From NCBI GenBank assembly GCA_964234715.1, contig OZ174280.1: DNA of 64,000 nt; one strand, given 5' to 3'. The notes under the pieces were generated by a model, which saw only the letters and a list, made by a program, of their open reading frames with translations, was not told the DNA's origin and did not search any database. This document shows, one piece after another, positions 13,053-28,067 of this stretch. This DNA comes from Podarcis melisellensis (lineage: Eukaryota). Positions within the stretch are counted from its first letter, which is position 1. Each line of letters starts with the position of its first letter. Made by a program: the position numbers and the translations under genes.

Positions 13053-15745
13053 TAGATTAATCTCTTTCCAGCTCATGTCATTTTTGCATCTTTTTTAACC
13101 ATACAGTAGTCCCATTCCATCTCTGCATTAATCTGTGAATACATGTCTTAATTGTCTCAAAATGCATCTTGAAATACATATTTCAATATCTATTTAATTG
13201 TGCAATTTCTCTCAAAACACATTGTTTTGATTTATCTCAAAATTTTATTTTGGTTTTAAAAAAACAAAAAAACTTATTTTGGTATGCTCAAACTGCTAAG
13301 AACTGTCGCACAACATTTGGAGAAGTGTACAGTGTATTGCATAGCTAGGTTCCAATCCACACATTAGTCCAAGAGGTCATTTGGTCAGGGCAATTTGGCA
13401 CAGCAATTTGTGAAGACAGAATTCTTCAAATCATCTTAGTTGGGCCTTGGATTTTCTACATGCAAAGTTGGTATCCTGCGATTGACCTGTTGCCCTTTCC
13501 CGAGCACTCAGATCCTGCCACAGCTGGACTCAGGAAAAGGAAAGCAAGAACTTAATATTTATTTCATGGTTTTAATTTGTATGCCTGCCAGATTGCAGAG
13601 ACTTGCAGGAAGCATTTCTGGAGTGGGCAAGTTCCCCTTTTTGACCTGCTTTTTGGCAGCTGCTGAATGATAAATTGAGGGTGTTTTTTTTCCAATCCTC
13701 GCTGCCACCACACTGCCAGCAGCAACTTGCTTATGTTATTTCCAAATCTATCTAGTCCTTCCTATTATCACCCCCCCCCCAGTACATCTGCTACATTTGG
13801 AGCTGGCTAGTAATTACTGAAATCAAATAAATGTGCAGATTGAATTTAATGCAGAGGGTACCATAAGTGATCTAGAAAGAAAAGCATGTTGTCCCAGGCC
13901 TTCCAAGAAAAAAAACTTAAGATGCCTTGCACCTTTTCTATGGGATTCTCTTATGCCTCTTTTGGATTCATTCATTCCCACAGCACATATACAGCCTGGC
14001 AAATAGTGCTATCAGCCAGGGAGAAGCAGTGCTGTTTTTACAAATGGGGAATCAAACTCACTGAGATTTAGGACCATGCCCGCCATTAGCAGCAGATTTT
14101 GGCAGTTGACCCAAGCTGCCCAGACTATTTAGTGCTAGAGCAACATCTTTTTTCTTTCCTGGGTGTTGGCGCTCCACTGAAGGAGGGGTTACTCTTATCC
14201 CCTGATTTTCCCGAAGAAAGAAAGATTTAAGCATTATAGTGTTTTGTAGATTGAGGTGTTTTACTGGTGCTGTGAAGGTCAGTCAGGAGAAGTGTTGAGT
14301 GAAGTAACTGAAAGTTACTGAAAGAACAAGGTTGGCAATTTGTTGGGAATTACACTCTTTTGCAGACTGGGAAATGCTTATTGGACAGAATCCAAGTTGG
14401 AACAGCAGAGAAACAATCTAGCTTAGCATTGGGTGCACACAGTAGTTCATCTTTATTAAAGCAGGATTCCCTGTCACATGCTCAAAAGCTAGCAGGAAGT
14501 GGCAGCTTTGTTTTGATCCTGCCACAGAGGAAAGTGAATCATATATTGCAGATGCCTAGGATTTAGAAGGAAAGCCTCTAACTCGCTGTCCAAGAGGACA
14601 GGGCAACAGGCAGTCATCCTCTGCATTTTGTGGCAGGCATCTGGCAAAGCAGTAAGAAAATGGCTAAAAGTGCCCTATGACTTTGTAGTGTGAAACTGAC
14701 GCTGCAACTCTTGAGCTGCATGAACAATTGGGAGAAAGGGTTCTAGAGATTTGTCAGAAACATGTCTCGGTGTTGCACCTCATCATGAACACAGTCAAAA
14801 GAAACTTGCCTGTGGTCATGTTCCACTGCTGACACAATTTAAGGAAAGATGTAAGGAATTAGCCCCTGTGTATTAGTAAAATGCAATGTGCAGGAGTTTA
14901 GCAGCCAGTCAAGTTTCCTCAAGAACAGCAGTGCTGTTTGTGACTTATTCCTGGTTCAGCTCATGTATTTATTTCTTTAACACAACTGATCTATTCACTA
15001 TAGAACAGAAGCCCAGAGGCAAAATCTCCCTGGATAGGTATTCAGGAGGGAATCAAGCCCACAGTGGGCAGTAATTTCCCCTGGAGATTCATGATCCCTC
15101 TAGTACATTTTATGATTGTGTTTGTCAAACCGAACTCTTTTTAAAAACTGTAAAATAACACATTTTCAAGCCCAACTATGACCCAAAATTGGGCATATGC
15201 TCTTAAGTCTGCATTGATATTATCAGAAGCATGGCAGAATCTAGCCTGTCCCTAAACCTCTCATAGATACTCAGGATCACTACACTTCCCCCCCCCCGCC
15301 CAACCTTACCTTACCTGCTGACAGGTTTAGGCTTATTCAATTTATACTTCATTTCCCACTTTAAAAAATCTTGAAGTGATTTACAACCCAAGTAAAAAAA
15401 ATAAAAATTGCATAAACATTATTAAAAACAGATTTCACAGCATAATAGCATATAATTGCAGCCTAAATCTCCAGGAAAACATAAACATCTCTGCCTGACA
15501 TCTGAAATGATGACAAGTTTTGCACCAGGGGAATTCCCTGGGGAAAGCATTTCTTGTGGTCTGCTAGAGGGAAAGAAGCAACTCAGTTTTCCCTCCTGGC
15601 ATAGAAACATAGGAAATAGCCCAATCTATTCTGACTTGAAGTGGCTCTTCAGGATCTGAGGCCATGCCTCACTTAAGATTGAATCTGAGAGACTGAATAC
15701 TGAGCTAAATTAAAAACCCATTCCCTAGAAATACTCAGTGGTTAA

Positions 15746-15992
15746 GCAGTAGTGGGCAGCATGGTGAAATGAAGGTGCTTACCTGACCTCTCAGCGGGTG
15801 AGTCACTGCTGCTTACCAAGAGGGGCAAGACAGCAGAGAGGGTAGCATAGTGCAAACACACTGGCAGGAGCACAGGGTTGACTCAGCCAGTGCATTTGCA
15901 CTTCCCCACCACCTCACCTCTCCTGGTAAGCAGCAGCGACTCATCTGCCAGGAGATTGGTTGAGCACCTCTGCCCTACCACACCACCTGCAG
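15746..15992. repeat. Long imperfect inverted repeat (MITE-like)
   Basis: TGAGTCACTGCTGCTTACCA / TGGTAAGCAGCAGCGACTCA and AGTGCAAACACACTGGC / GCCAGTGCATTTGCACT arms. Confidence 0.65.
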
Positions 15993-16737
15993 CTGTATTT
16001 AAGGCAAGAATTATAAGTCACCAAGTTTACTTTCTAAACCAAGGAATTATCATGTATGGCAATATCACTAATTTTCTCCAGCAATGGATGAAAATAACTG
16101 TTGACATGCCTAGGACCAGCCATTATTCACAAACTTCTGTAAAGAACATTTAGGCAATCAAAATGTATAGTTCTCTTTCTGAGGATGGTTACCTGGAGTT
16201 TGAAACAGATACTCATTTTTAAAAAAAAATAGGAACACAGAGTTTTTGTTTTTTCTCAGAGAATAATGTTGGCCTTTATGAGCAAAAGAGACAAGCAAGT
16301 AAATGAACACAACACTGGCTCTCTTCTCTTCAGATTAATTAAAAAATTAAAGAGAAGGGCTGACACTCTCTTAAAAAAAACTTATTGTGAGTTGGCTCTA
16401 GGTACATAGCACGAGCCTATTGGCACAATATATGCAACAGGAACCTATTAACATATTAAATACAAACACATACCCATTTGGAGAGTAGCCATAGAACAGG
16501 ATTTGCACAGAACTGGCTAGACATAATCACTCTAGTGAGTGTTCAGCACAAAAAAAAAACAAAAACAGAGTTCAACAAGAAAATCGCTCAAATTTGATTT
16601 TGTGTACTTTTCCCAACATCTTACAGGAAAAAGATTTTGAATTTGGCTGCAGTTTAGTTCCCATCTGGTTCTGATTCTTTTTCTGTACTGCTTGGAGCTT
16701 TTCTTGCTAAACGTATACTCTTAATATTTTGTGGGCA

Positions 16738-16891
16738 NNNNNNNNNNNNNNNNNNNNNNNNNNNNNNNNNNNNNNNNNNNNNNNNNNNNNNNNNNNNNNN
16801 NNNNNNNNNNNNNNNNNNNNNNNNNNNNNNNNNNNNNNNNNNNNNNNNNNNNNNNNNNNNNNNNNNNNNNNNNNNNNNNNNNNNNNNNNNN
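16738..16891. other. Assembly gap (154 N)
   Basis: Run of N. Confidence 1.
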
Positions 16892-16911
16892 TAAGTTATT
16901 CTCTTCCTTGA

Positions 16912-17154
<243 letters not shown>

Positions 17155-17625
17155 TAAGTGGGGATCAATGAATGCCTACTATGTCGTGAGCTGCTTCCTC
17201 CAAATTTCTCCCAAGTATGCAGTTACTGTGGTACTGTCACTGAGAACTGCTGCATTGGGTTAGCACAGACAGAAAAGTGTTGTCTTCTTGTGTCATCAAA
17301 TATCTATTTGCACATACTGGAAGTGTTGTAGTATTAACCACAGTGTCCTCTCCCATTCATGTTCTTGTTTTGCTTCCTAATGTACTTTCCTCTTTTTCTT
17401 TCAATTCATTCTAGTGTTGTTTTAATTTTTGACTGAGCTTTCACTCTTTGATTATCAGTTGTTCTTCTCCCTTCTCAAGCTCCAAAAGTATTTCTACAAG
17501 TGGAGTTGCTTGTTTCCTTTTCCATTACTAAGTAATACAGGGTTGCTGTTTTTTCAGAAATAAGCAGTTGCTAGTTTTTATGTAATGCTGTTAACATGGC
17601 ATGTGGCAACATATCCATTATTTGA

Positions 17626-17979
<354 letters not shown>

Positions 17980-18505
17980 TGATGGATAAGACACACAAGG
18001 CCTATTCCGTTACTGTTCAGTGGGGGGGGGGGGCATAGTGGATTCATGTAGGGGGCACAAAGACATAAATGCTGTCCCTTCAACACACCCACTACAACCC
18101 CACCAGCATCATTCCTGGTCTTTCCATGCTGAGCAGAAAGGGCTTGAGGAAGGATATAAATACATTTGACTGAAGCTCTAAGGAGCCTGTTCACACTTCT
18201 ATGCTGCAGCACATAGGACTAAGCAGTTGAACCACCTTTGGATTTCACACACACACCAACACTGAAAAGAAAATATTTTGGATTGCAGCCTTAACAAATT
18301 ACAATATTAAATATTAGTAGTAACATTTCATAAACAGTGCATCACAGCTAAGAAGGCCCTCTCCCTAGTTGCTTTCAACTCAACTCAGCTGGTGAAGTCT
18401 ATGTGCACAGTCAGGCTTGTACCTTGTCCCAAGCCATGAAGGGCTTTAAAGGTTAGCACAAGCATATTGAATGATGCTCAGAAATGAGTCAGGGATCAGT
18501 GAAGA

Positions 18506-18686
18506 TAGGGTTGCGCTACGTCCAGAATTTCCCGGACATACTTGGAATACTGCAGTTGGAAGCAGTGTCCAGGTGGAAATCGTAAAAATGTCCAGGAAAA
18601 TCTGTCAATCTATGTCGGCAGTGTCATTTTTGCCGAGTTTCCTCAACAGTAGCTCCAAAAGTACTTTTTGAAATATGGGAACTCTA
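18506..18686. mobile_element. hAT Blackjack-like MITE
   Basis: TAGGGTTGCG ... GGGAACTCTA with duplicated GTGAAGA flanks; related to 9836-9940. Confidence 0.7.
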
Positions 18687-20011
18687 GTGAAGATACTTAA
18701 GAAAAGAAATTGGTCCCGGTCAAAAGCCCTTCAGCTGTATTTGAACAGCAGACACACACACCCTGTTATCCCATATCAAAAGATATGTTTGAAACACCCG
18801 AGTTTTAAAAACAGCTTGACATTGTGGCATTTTGTCTGTGAAGGTACATGTCCAGTTCTTGAGATTCTGGTCCCATATATCATAAACATATTCTTAGTGT
18901 AACTTGGAACCAAAAGAACCCAAACCATGAATGCTCCTAGTTTTTATGTATTGCATCCTAATGGTTTAAAAACTAAACCGTTAAAAGCCTGGGGAAATAA
19001 AATGAATGGTGTCAAAAAGAGAGAAAAGTAAAGGTCTCTTCCTGAATTCCATAAGCAGAATGCCACAGCCAAGAAGTCCCTAATATAACATGGGCTAGTT
19101 TTTAATCTTGAAATCTAAAAGCAGTCATCTCTAAATTTCTATAAATGAGTTTATAAATCCCTGTAGTATTGTAGATTTAAAATATGTGTTGTAAAATAGC
19201 TTTATTGTGAAATGTGGAGTAAAAACCCCCAAAACACCCTCTGAAGTGTTATTTGAGGCCTGTGATAATTTCTAGTTATCTTTGTCAGGTTGCCTCATTT
19301 GTGATTCTATCCACTATCTACCATTATCGAAATTTATTTCAAAAAGAATTGAATTAGTGACTACTCTTCATCATTATGTAATTACATCACAGTCGTCAGA
19401 GAAAGCAGAGTTGTGGTTTAAATGTTCATTTTAAAAAAGCTGCTTGAAAAGCCGAACTGCTCTCCAAATGCTTTCAAAAACGCATTCTGACCTACGGTGC
19501 TGTCCCACCATCCCTTTCCCCCCAGAAATGAATAGTATGGCACAACTCAAACACAATCTATTTTGCAAAGTGTTGCTGGCAGCATGGGCTCTTCTGATGG
19601 ATGCATCACTTGAAACCAAGTTCCCACCATCTGTTCAACCCTTTAATTTGCAGTGCAAGAAAAGCCTATTTTGCAATTACAACCATTAAAAGCAAGGCTT
19701 TTGTCATTTAATTGCATGTATAAGCGCGTGGTACTGTGCAGCAGCCATTTGCCGATTAGGGATGAGAACCTCATTACTTTCTTGTTAAATGATACAGGAA
19801 ATGTAGCATCCAGAATATGATTGTGTTTTTTGCTGGTAATGTGCACCACTGTGATAACACAAAAATGCGTATGGGCTGGTGAAGGCAGTGGCACTCTGCT
19901 TTGCAGTCATTTTACCCTTAACCTTTTTCTTGGGGGAAAATACAGCTAAAGGCTAGGATTCGGTTGGTCATCTACCCTCATGCATCTTCCAAGCTCTCTA
20001 AAAAAAGTAAC

Positions 20012-20013
<2 letters not shown>

Positions 20014-20047
<34 letters not shown>
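20014..20047. repeat. (GT)n microsatellite
   Basis: Direct reading. Confidence 0.95.
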
Positions 20048-20049
<2 letters not shown>

Positions 20050-20380
20050 CTCGTAACTACTAACAAAGCTAGACTGAAATGTCAGAACATCACACCTGTG
20101 GATGTATCTGGTTGGCCACTGTGAAAACAAGGTGCTGGACTTCTGGTCAAGCAGAACTCCACTTTTGGTTTTATGTGTAATTCACAGAATGGAATCAACG
20201 CAGTTTTCTTAGCAGAATATATATAGATACCAAAATCACCTAGATTTTCTAAAACCATTTCTTTGTTTCTATCTTTCCTTTTTCCCATCCCTCTCTCCAT
20301 TTAATCTGACTCACTATATTGGCTGTTTTTTATTATTAGTTCTGCTCTTTCTAACGCGCTGGCATTTATCTTGGTTCTAG

Positions 20381-20476
<96 letters not shown>

Positions 20477-22032
20477 AGAAAGGAGCAGGAACTCCTGGAA
20501 CAAAGAGATGGAAGTAGTTGCCTCAAAAACTTCTGGGAACTGAGTAAAACCAGCAAGGAGGCTGCTGGGAACACACCTAAAGTACTGTGACAACCTCCAC
20601 CGAGGAAGAGATGTTAGCCCAGATACGTAGCTCAAAATTCGATCATCAGATTTCAGTCAAAAGGACAGGAGAAAACCAGTAACAATGGCGCATCTTAAAA
20701 AGAAACCAGTTGGGTTTGCCAAGAAGTTCAGTTCCTCAAGTTGTACACCTAGAAAGGTTCTGGGAAGCCTAGATTCCTCCATGACTGCTGCTTTGCATGA
20801 AAGTTGTTTGATGTATATTAGGAGATAAAAAAAATGCTATTTAAAGTTTTGTTTTGTTTTTTAAAGAAAAAGGAAAGAGAGAAGAAAAAAATGAAATGTA
20901 ACAAAAACCACAGTGGCCACATCAAATATCCCATTGAAAAAATTCCGCTGCATACACTGCCCCTCCCATCTCATGAAATCCCTGTTGTCTGTGGCTCAGA
21001 TGGATGGTTCGCAAGTGGATTTTCACGCCTTTGGGAATGTTTGAAAAACTCCATTTATGCCTCTGCCTGGGAACTTACAGAAAGCCCCACAAGCACAAAT
21101 TTGCACCAAACCTTTCAAATAGTGCAGCTGGGGAAAGAAAGTCCAGCAGTCTGTATCTGCAAGAGGCACTTAGCAGAAATGTACCTGAGTGGAAAAGCCA
21201 TCCAGTCCTTCAGCCCATCTGTCTTGAAATTCATCTTCAGCTGTGTATTTATAGAGTACAGATATTTTTTTAATACTCCTTATTTACCGTTGGAGGGGCA
21301 TATGATTTTATGAAAGTCCTTCATTCCTCTTCTGCGTTGATACAAACCTTCTCCCTCTTGAAGAGATTCCTCCCTGTCTCTGTGTATTTGACAACTGTGT
21401 TCCTAAGGAATGTCCTGTCCGTTTTGAAGCTAAGGAAATTGTGAGTGGTTTAAACTGAAACTGGTGCATTGTGGGCTTCTGCAGGTGCAATTTGTGTAAA
21501 AACTAATTGGCTTTCTTAGTTGCTTGGGGTGTGGGTTGGTTAGCTTTTGGGTCGTTGTTTTCCTAGTCACTATGTGATTTCTTGCAGTAAAGGAAAAAAT
21601 GTTTACAGCAAGTAATACTTGAACAGCATAGACCTAGTGAGGCAACATATTTATTGCTTTCCCACATTGGATTCACTGATGCTTATGCAATCAGGACAAA
21701 TGGCATTTGCATTTTTTTTCCTCACACCATATGCAAGGTCATGCAAAGGTCGAGCATAAGATTTCTATGTCTAGTGGGAGGGGAGACAAAAGGAAATGGC
21801 ACACTCTACATGCCTGTTAATGGCTGTTGTCTTTGTCTTTGTCCATGTGTCCTGTCTTGGGTTAGGTTTCTTAGCTGACCCTAACAGCCCATTTCTTAGT
21901 GATCAGTTGAAGGCTGGTGTCTGTGAGTTGTTGTTGTTGTTCCTTTTTTTAAAAAAGAAAAAGACCAAAGCTTTCTTGTCCCTTTCGAGAGTGCCAAGTA
22001 GCAGGTGGGATGCTGTAAATATTTCTCTCTGT

Positions 22033-22038
22033 AATAAA
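22033..22038 (+). promoter_or_regulatory. Candidate proximal polyadenylation signal
   Basis: AATAAA preceded by TGTAAATA (22014-22021) and TGTA. Confidence 0.4.
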
Positions 22039-24030
22039 TATTGATATTTGTGCAGGCTGCAGCTAAGAAGGGTGACTGGGGCAAGACAATTAGGCCTAAT
22101 GGAAGGCAGGATTATCGACCACACTGTTTCAGATCCCGTGACTGGAATCTGAGTCGGATTTGAGAGAAGTAGAATGGTTCCCTCAAGCAAGGTCTAGGAA
22201 GAAGCTGGTTGTGACACCAGCTTGTATGACCATTCTGACTGGGCCACCACTTCCCAAACTGTATAGCATTTTCAGCATAAGACGATTAAATGTCTAGGTT
22301 TTAAAACAGCTGTTCTTGATGGATACAGTGGATACTATCGCCTGTCTGTTATAGGTTGCCAAGGCACCAGTACTGTACTGGAAAACCTAAAGGTGTTTGG
22401 GGAGGAGTTGTCATGAAGTAACCATTTAGTAACTTTGTATAGCTGTTTGATGAAGGGAATTCTCAGAATCAGGAAAAACAAGGGAGAAATTCAACATTGT
22501 GCTAAGGTGAAAATTTGCTCTCTTCCCCCTGCGCACTGTTCTGGGACACACACACACACACGAGTAAATCAATTTTGGGGAGGATAGTGGCAAGCATGGG
22601 GAGGAGAGGGTTAAAGCCATGTTGCACAAGTGGAAGTCATTGTGCAGTGCTTCCACTGACAGGAGGAGTCATTAGGTGAATCCCACCCCCACCCCAAAGG
22701 CTTTTGCTCCTAACTCACTTCTATAGCACCTATATATCTCAGCTATCTCCTGGGCCTATCCTTGCCACATCAGTCCAAAGCAGGATTTAGACTTCAGAAG
22801 CACTAGAAGGTAATATTATATGCATGAAGGGGGCTCCATGCAATTAGGAAGTGGGGTGGTGCTGGTGGCCCTACCCATGACATTGTGCACCTCTCTGCCC
22901 CCATGTTGAGCATGAACATCTAAATAGGGGGAGCCTATGTTTCTAGAGCTCAATGTGCATCGGCTTCCACAATATATGGAATTCTGCATGAATGGGTTTC
23001 CAAATTGCATGGAAGTGCACAGGCGTAGAGCTGTCTGTTTGTAGGCTTCCTCTCTTCAGTTGTCCATACTCACTGGGTCAGGGAGGCTTGCAGTATCAGG
23101 GGAGGGACCACCTCAGCCCTCTTTCCTGTTTATTGAGTGGAGTCCTTTCATGAGCAGGCTCATACATTATTAAGATCCTCTTAATATGAGGAAGGAACAA
23201 CTTCTCTGGTAGAGCAGACACTTCTTGCCACTAAATGGCTTGGGCAGCCATGTCACTACCCCTATCTCCTATAGTGAGAGATGGAGCTGCTTCCACAGAA
23301 GGCTGAGGGTGAGTGGGTTGCACGTTAAATTCCTTACTCTGTGAGAATCCCCAGTTTTTACTTTCTAATCATTATCCTGAATGCTGCCAGCAAAAGGATA
23401 AAGGAAAGGAGCAACTTGCTGCTTTAATTATAATTCATTAAAAGCTGTGCCAAGCCCACTTTCCCCCTGATAATTCACTTTCATAAGTTTCCCTGGGCCC
23501 TATTAATAGCCTGAAAGAAATACTAATGACTGACCTTGTGCAATAAGCCAAAGCCTTTGACATTCACAGCAGCCAAGGCTTTGCAGCCAGAAAGCTCTGA
23601 TTTACATTGACTTGGCAGGAACAGGGACCAGGAGCCAAATGAATGGAGGCATCTCAGAAGAAGGGCAGCTTGGTTTCCAGAGCGTTACCTCTGTACTGTC
23701 TGGTAGTGTGAGTTTGACTGCAAGAGCAGATTTGTCTCCTCTGTTCCTGAACTTAATTGTTAATGTTTAACAGCCAATTTTTGTTAAAAGAATTTCTACT
23801 TCACCCAATTACAGGTACTTCACAATTAGATCATGTTAGGTCTCCTTCAGTGCACTTTCATTTTTATTGGTTTTCACTTTTTACAGATGTTCTGTATGGG
23901 TGTACCTTCATCTTTCCAAACTGAGGCTGCAGTTTCTTGAGTATTTAGTCAAAAGTAGAGGAAGAGGTAACTCACCCAGAGGTACTATCTAGAAGGGGTG
24001 GGTAACACTAGAGTTGTTGGTTTAGGTTGT

Positions 24031-24049
24031 GTAGCCATCTAGTGGCAAA
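24031..24049 (-). promoter_or_regulatory. CTCF-motif match
   Basis: Minus strand TTGCCACTAGATGGCTAC contains the core CCACTAGATGGC. Confidence 0.5.
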
Positions 24050-25059
24050 ATGCACATCAATTGGCTGGATCCTTTTGTTGTTAGCAGGTGTCAGGCATGC
24101 TGATTGAGACACAGTCTGCAAGTGCCCCCTAACTATAAGCATTGCTTCCTACAGTTACACTTTTCCATTGTATACTGATGATCACCACACACAGTTTTTA
24201 AGGCTGGAAGGGATCTCCTGTGTGGTATCATTTCTTCTAGTATTTTCTGCCCTCTGGCTGGATGAAATTTATCTAAAGCTGAACTGGGAATACAAGTCGT
24301 TCTCGAATTTCTGCTCCACAATTAAATAAATATGGGAACCAAACGGCTACCAAACAGTCCAGTTGTGGCTGCTTCATAGCCTGATTCATGGATGGTTTAA
24401 GTATGGTGGGGTAAGATTCAAATAGTGTTTTCTTTGGGCAGCAGGGTTTGAGCATTTAAAAGCCGTTGCATTTGCCTTAGGTGACATTCCCTATCTGTGT
24501 CAGTGACTCCTTCCCCTGATGTTTGAGTCCCAGCCTGCTCTGTTTCAGGTGTTTTCACATCAAAGCCAGAGACGTCATTTCTGGAATTTCTGTGCCTAGC
24601 ACGGCCGTTTGAATAATTCCATTTAATCTTCCATTGATGAGTGCTATCCAGAGCCATCAAAGAGCCCACTGCAAGGGGTAGTGATGTGCTAATCAAATGC
24701 TTCTTTCCTTTGAAGGCCTTCATTTTTAAAAAATAAAATTCCATCTAGTTAGCACACTTGCCTGCCCCTGCTGTAGTGGGGTTCCCCCCCCTCCCAGCAC
24801 TAAAATTCTGCATCCGCTTCACTTGCCAAAGCAATGGACCCTTCTGTCAGTAATAGGTTCCATGATCATTTAGAGTGTGGTAGAAGGGGTAAACAGCTAA
24901 AGAGCTACAGCTGTTCTTAGAAGAGCCTCTGGATAAATTAACAATTTGTGTTGCAAAAATGTTTATAATCTTTAAAACAGGTTTAGGTCACCTTAAAAGA
25001 TGGAAACCCTCTCAAAGTGATAAAAACAAGGTAAAATCAAATACAAGGTAAAATCAAAT

Positions 25060-25560
25060 ACAGTACAGTCACAGTCTGAAAATACATAATAAAGGCCAGC
25101 AGTAGTTTAAAAACAACAACAATACCCATCTGACCCAAAATTACACATATTGAACCAGCTACTGAACCATGAAACAGCCAAAGGAAATATCTCATGTAAA
25201 AGCCAGGTCTTTAATGTGCTCCAAAAAGCCTGTAACAATTAAGTCTTCCCAGTGGCGATGTATACCAGCAGTGCGGGGCCACTGCAGAAGAGGCTCTCTC
25301 CTAAGAAGGGTGGTTGGTGATCATAACATGTATACTGTTATGAATGAAGGTGGTCCTTTGGTTGACTCAGCCCCAAACTTTTTTTAACGCTTTAAAAATT
25401 AAAAACAGCACTTTAAATTGGGATCAGAAATGCACAGGCAGCCAGTTCAGCTGTTGCCATGTGTCACCTGAATTGACCACCTGGCTTCCACCAGAACTTG
25501 AGTAGTTACATTTTGCAGTAGCTGAAGTTTCTGAACTCTCTGCAAATGCAATCCTACAAA
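25060..25560 (-). mobile_element. Decayed L2 LINE fragment
   Basis: CAGCACTTTAAATTGGGATCAGAAATGCACAGGCAGCCAGT...CATTTTGCAGTAGCTGAAGTTTCTGAAC resembles the antisense L2 ORF2 3' region. Boundaries approximate. Confidence 0.5.
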
Positions 25561-27643
25561 CAACACAGATGCAACTACTACACATATCTAGATGGGCTGC
25601 TGTGCCAACAGCTACCCTAAGCTGGCAAAGAGCATACCTACCCACTTCAGCCATCTAAGCTTCCCTATTTAGTGCCTATTTAGTGTGGACTTTGCTCTTA
25701 AAAGGGAGTGCAGCCCCATCTCCTTCCAAAATCTGTCGTACCTCCATGTTTTCTAGACTCAGTATCATTGTCATGGGCTGACATCATAAAGTAGGACTTT
25801 TTATCAAAGTGTTCTCCCATTCCTTGCTGTTAACAATATTTTGGATCACAAGAATGCCTGCCAGGGCAGCTCATTTCTGCCCTCTGCCAAAGTGGTAGAA
25901 GGGCTCCCAGACCCCTTTAGCAGCAGATACTTTGCTAGAATGGTCCCACTTACTCATTTGAGTTTACTTCAGTTTAAGTGAAATCATTTGTCATCATAGT
26001 CTAGATGAACTGCCCCAAAATTTCATCAGCCCAACAAAGGGGCCAAAGTTTTGATATATCATTTGTGCATCTCAGTGCAATGTCTCTTCTCTTAAACTTT
26101 TCCTCCCATCCAAACACAAGAGCTGCTGGTACTGTGCTTCAGTTCTTCTCCAAGTAGCCCTGTTTGTTCACCTAAGCTGTGTAGTGTGGGGATGAATGGA
26201 ACTCATCTGCAACCATTCCAGTTAGAGGTAGACAACGTCATAGGATGCCTCCAGTGTGCAAATGTTGCAGTAATGGAAAGGCATAGTGGCATGTGTTTTG
26301 TTGCTCTTGCTTGCCATGCTCTGCACCTGGATGAAGGATTGAGAACATCCCCAGAAGGCTCCAGTTTGAGAGAACTCTTATTTCAACTTGCGCAAGAATG
26401 AGAGCAGTTCCCATTAGCATCGCCAGGTGCTGTGACTTCCCCTTCAGCCCTCCTTTTAGGCTCCAGTATTACCTACAGTCACCTGTCAATGGGAGTCAGT
26501 TCAACAGGCAAAATGAAACAAAAATAGCCTGACCTGATTAAGCTTTGGGGGAGGAGAGAGAGGCTGAGTGGAGACTCAACCCTGGTGAAAAAGGACACAG
26601 CAGCAGGAGCAGTTGGAGAAGAATAAATACCCAACATGAAAGAGCCATTTAAACTCCAGCAGAGCTAGAGTTTATCAGATTTCAGCATTCCATTTGTACT
26701 ATAAACCACAAGCCAGTAACAATACACAGAGATGCTAACTGTATATGTTTACTTGCTAGTCAGCAGTCTGATCTTCTAAATAATAAATGTGTTTCCAGAG
26801 ATAACTTCTCTCTCTTCCCCCAGTTAGTTCTGGTTCCCATTAACTGTTACCCATCTGTCCAAGATCCCATCCAGTGAGCACAGCAGTGGGAGCTAAGTGA
26901 AAAATATTCAAGAGACATGCATCATTTTTCAAGATACTAACTGAATTTTCCAAAACTATCAACAATAAACAGATCTCCCTCCTTTTGTATCTGTGTGTGA
27001 TGACTACCAATCAACCTCATACCTTGCCAGTGTAATGCAGATAAGGCACCTTACCTTTGTAGACAGGGATATGTATCAAGGGATGTTAATTTGAGTTCGA
27101 TGCATTAGCCTACTCTTAGAGGAGCTTCTGAAAGAAATCATAGCCCATAAACCAATGTGCTGAGGAAAGGCCACAATCTAAATGCAGGTCATTCAGTTTT
27201 AGAAGATTTTTTTTTTAAAAAAATGGTTTAAAATTGAAACACCTTCTGAATGTATTTCCTTTTGAAAGACTTCATCGGAATTTAAAAAGTGGTTCTGTGG
27301 AATTCCAGTAAAATATGTCTCTGAAGGATTTTGTAGTGTTTTGAAATATTCTTGAGATCTTCTGTGAATTTCCTCCCCCCCCCTCCAAATGTACATCTTC
27401 ACTTAGTATATATAACTAGCAGTGTCTCACAATACTAGGAAATGAGAAGAAGCATGAGTCAGCCGTTCTTTCTCTTTTTGGACTTCTTATGTCACTTGCA
27501 AATGGGGACCTTTTCCCTCAGTTCTCTCAGAGTGAGAAGAATGAGCTGGGAATCAGGTATCTCACCAGAAGAGATTGCAAATTTTCTCTTGATACATTAC
27601 ATCAGAAGTGCAAAAAAAAGTGCACTCATTCTTCCTCCTAAAG

Positions 27644-27968
27644 CATGGGTAGGCAAACTAAGGCCCAGGGGCTGGATCCGGCCCAATTGCCTTCTAAATC
27701 CGGCCCACAGATGGTCTGGGAATCAACGTGTTTTTACATGAGTAGAATGTGTTGTTTTATTTAAAATGCATCTCTGAGTTATGTGTGGGGCCTGCCTGGT
27801 GTTTTTACATGAGTAGAATGTGTGTTTTTATTTAAAATGCATCTCTGGGTTATTTATGGGGCATAGGAATACATTCATTCCCCCCCACCAAAAAATACAC
27901 TCTGGCCCCCCACAAGGTCTGATGGACAGTGGACCGGCCCCCTGCTGAAAAAAGTTTTCTGACCCCTG
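27644..27968. mobile_element. hAT MITE with perfect 8-bp TSD and internal ~70-bp tandem duplication
   Basis: CATGGGTAGGCAAACT ... AGTTTTCTGACCCCTG; TCCTAAAG at 27636-27643 and 27969-27976. Confidence 0.9.
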
Positions 27969-28067
27969 TCCTAAAGCCATCCTGGGAACCAAAAGCAGTG
28001 TTTCCAGACAAATTGAGGATACAAATGAACTCCAGAACCCTGTGTAATCATTTACGCATCTGTAAGC

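Noticed and set aside
20834-21313. 159-aa ORF after the stop (also 37397-37876 and 9200-9622)
   Set aside because: No recognisable homology or splice context; composition is typical of chance ORFs.
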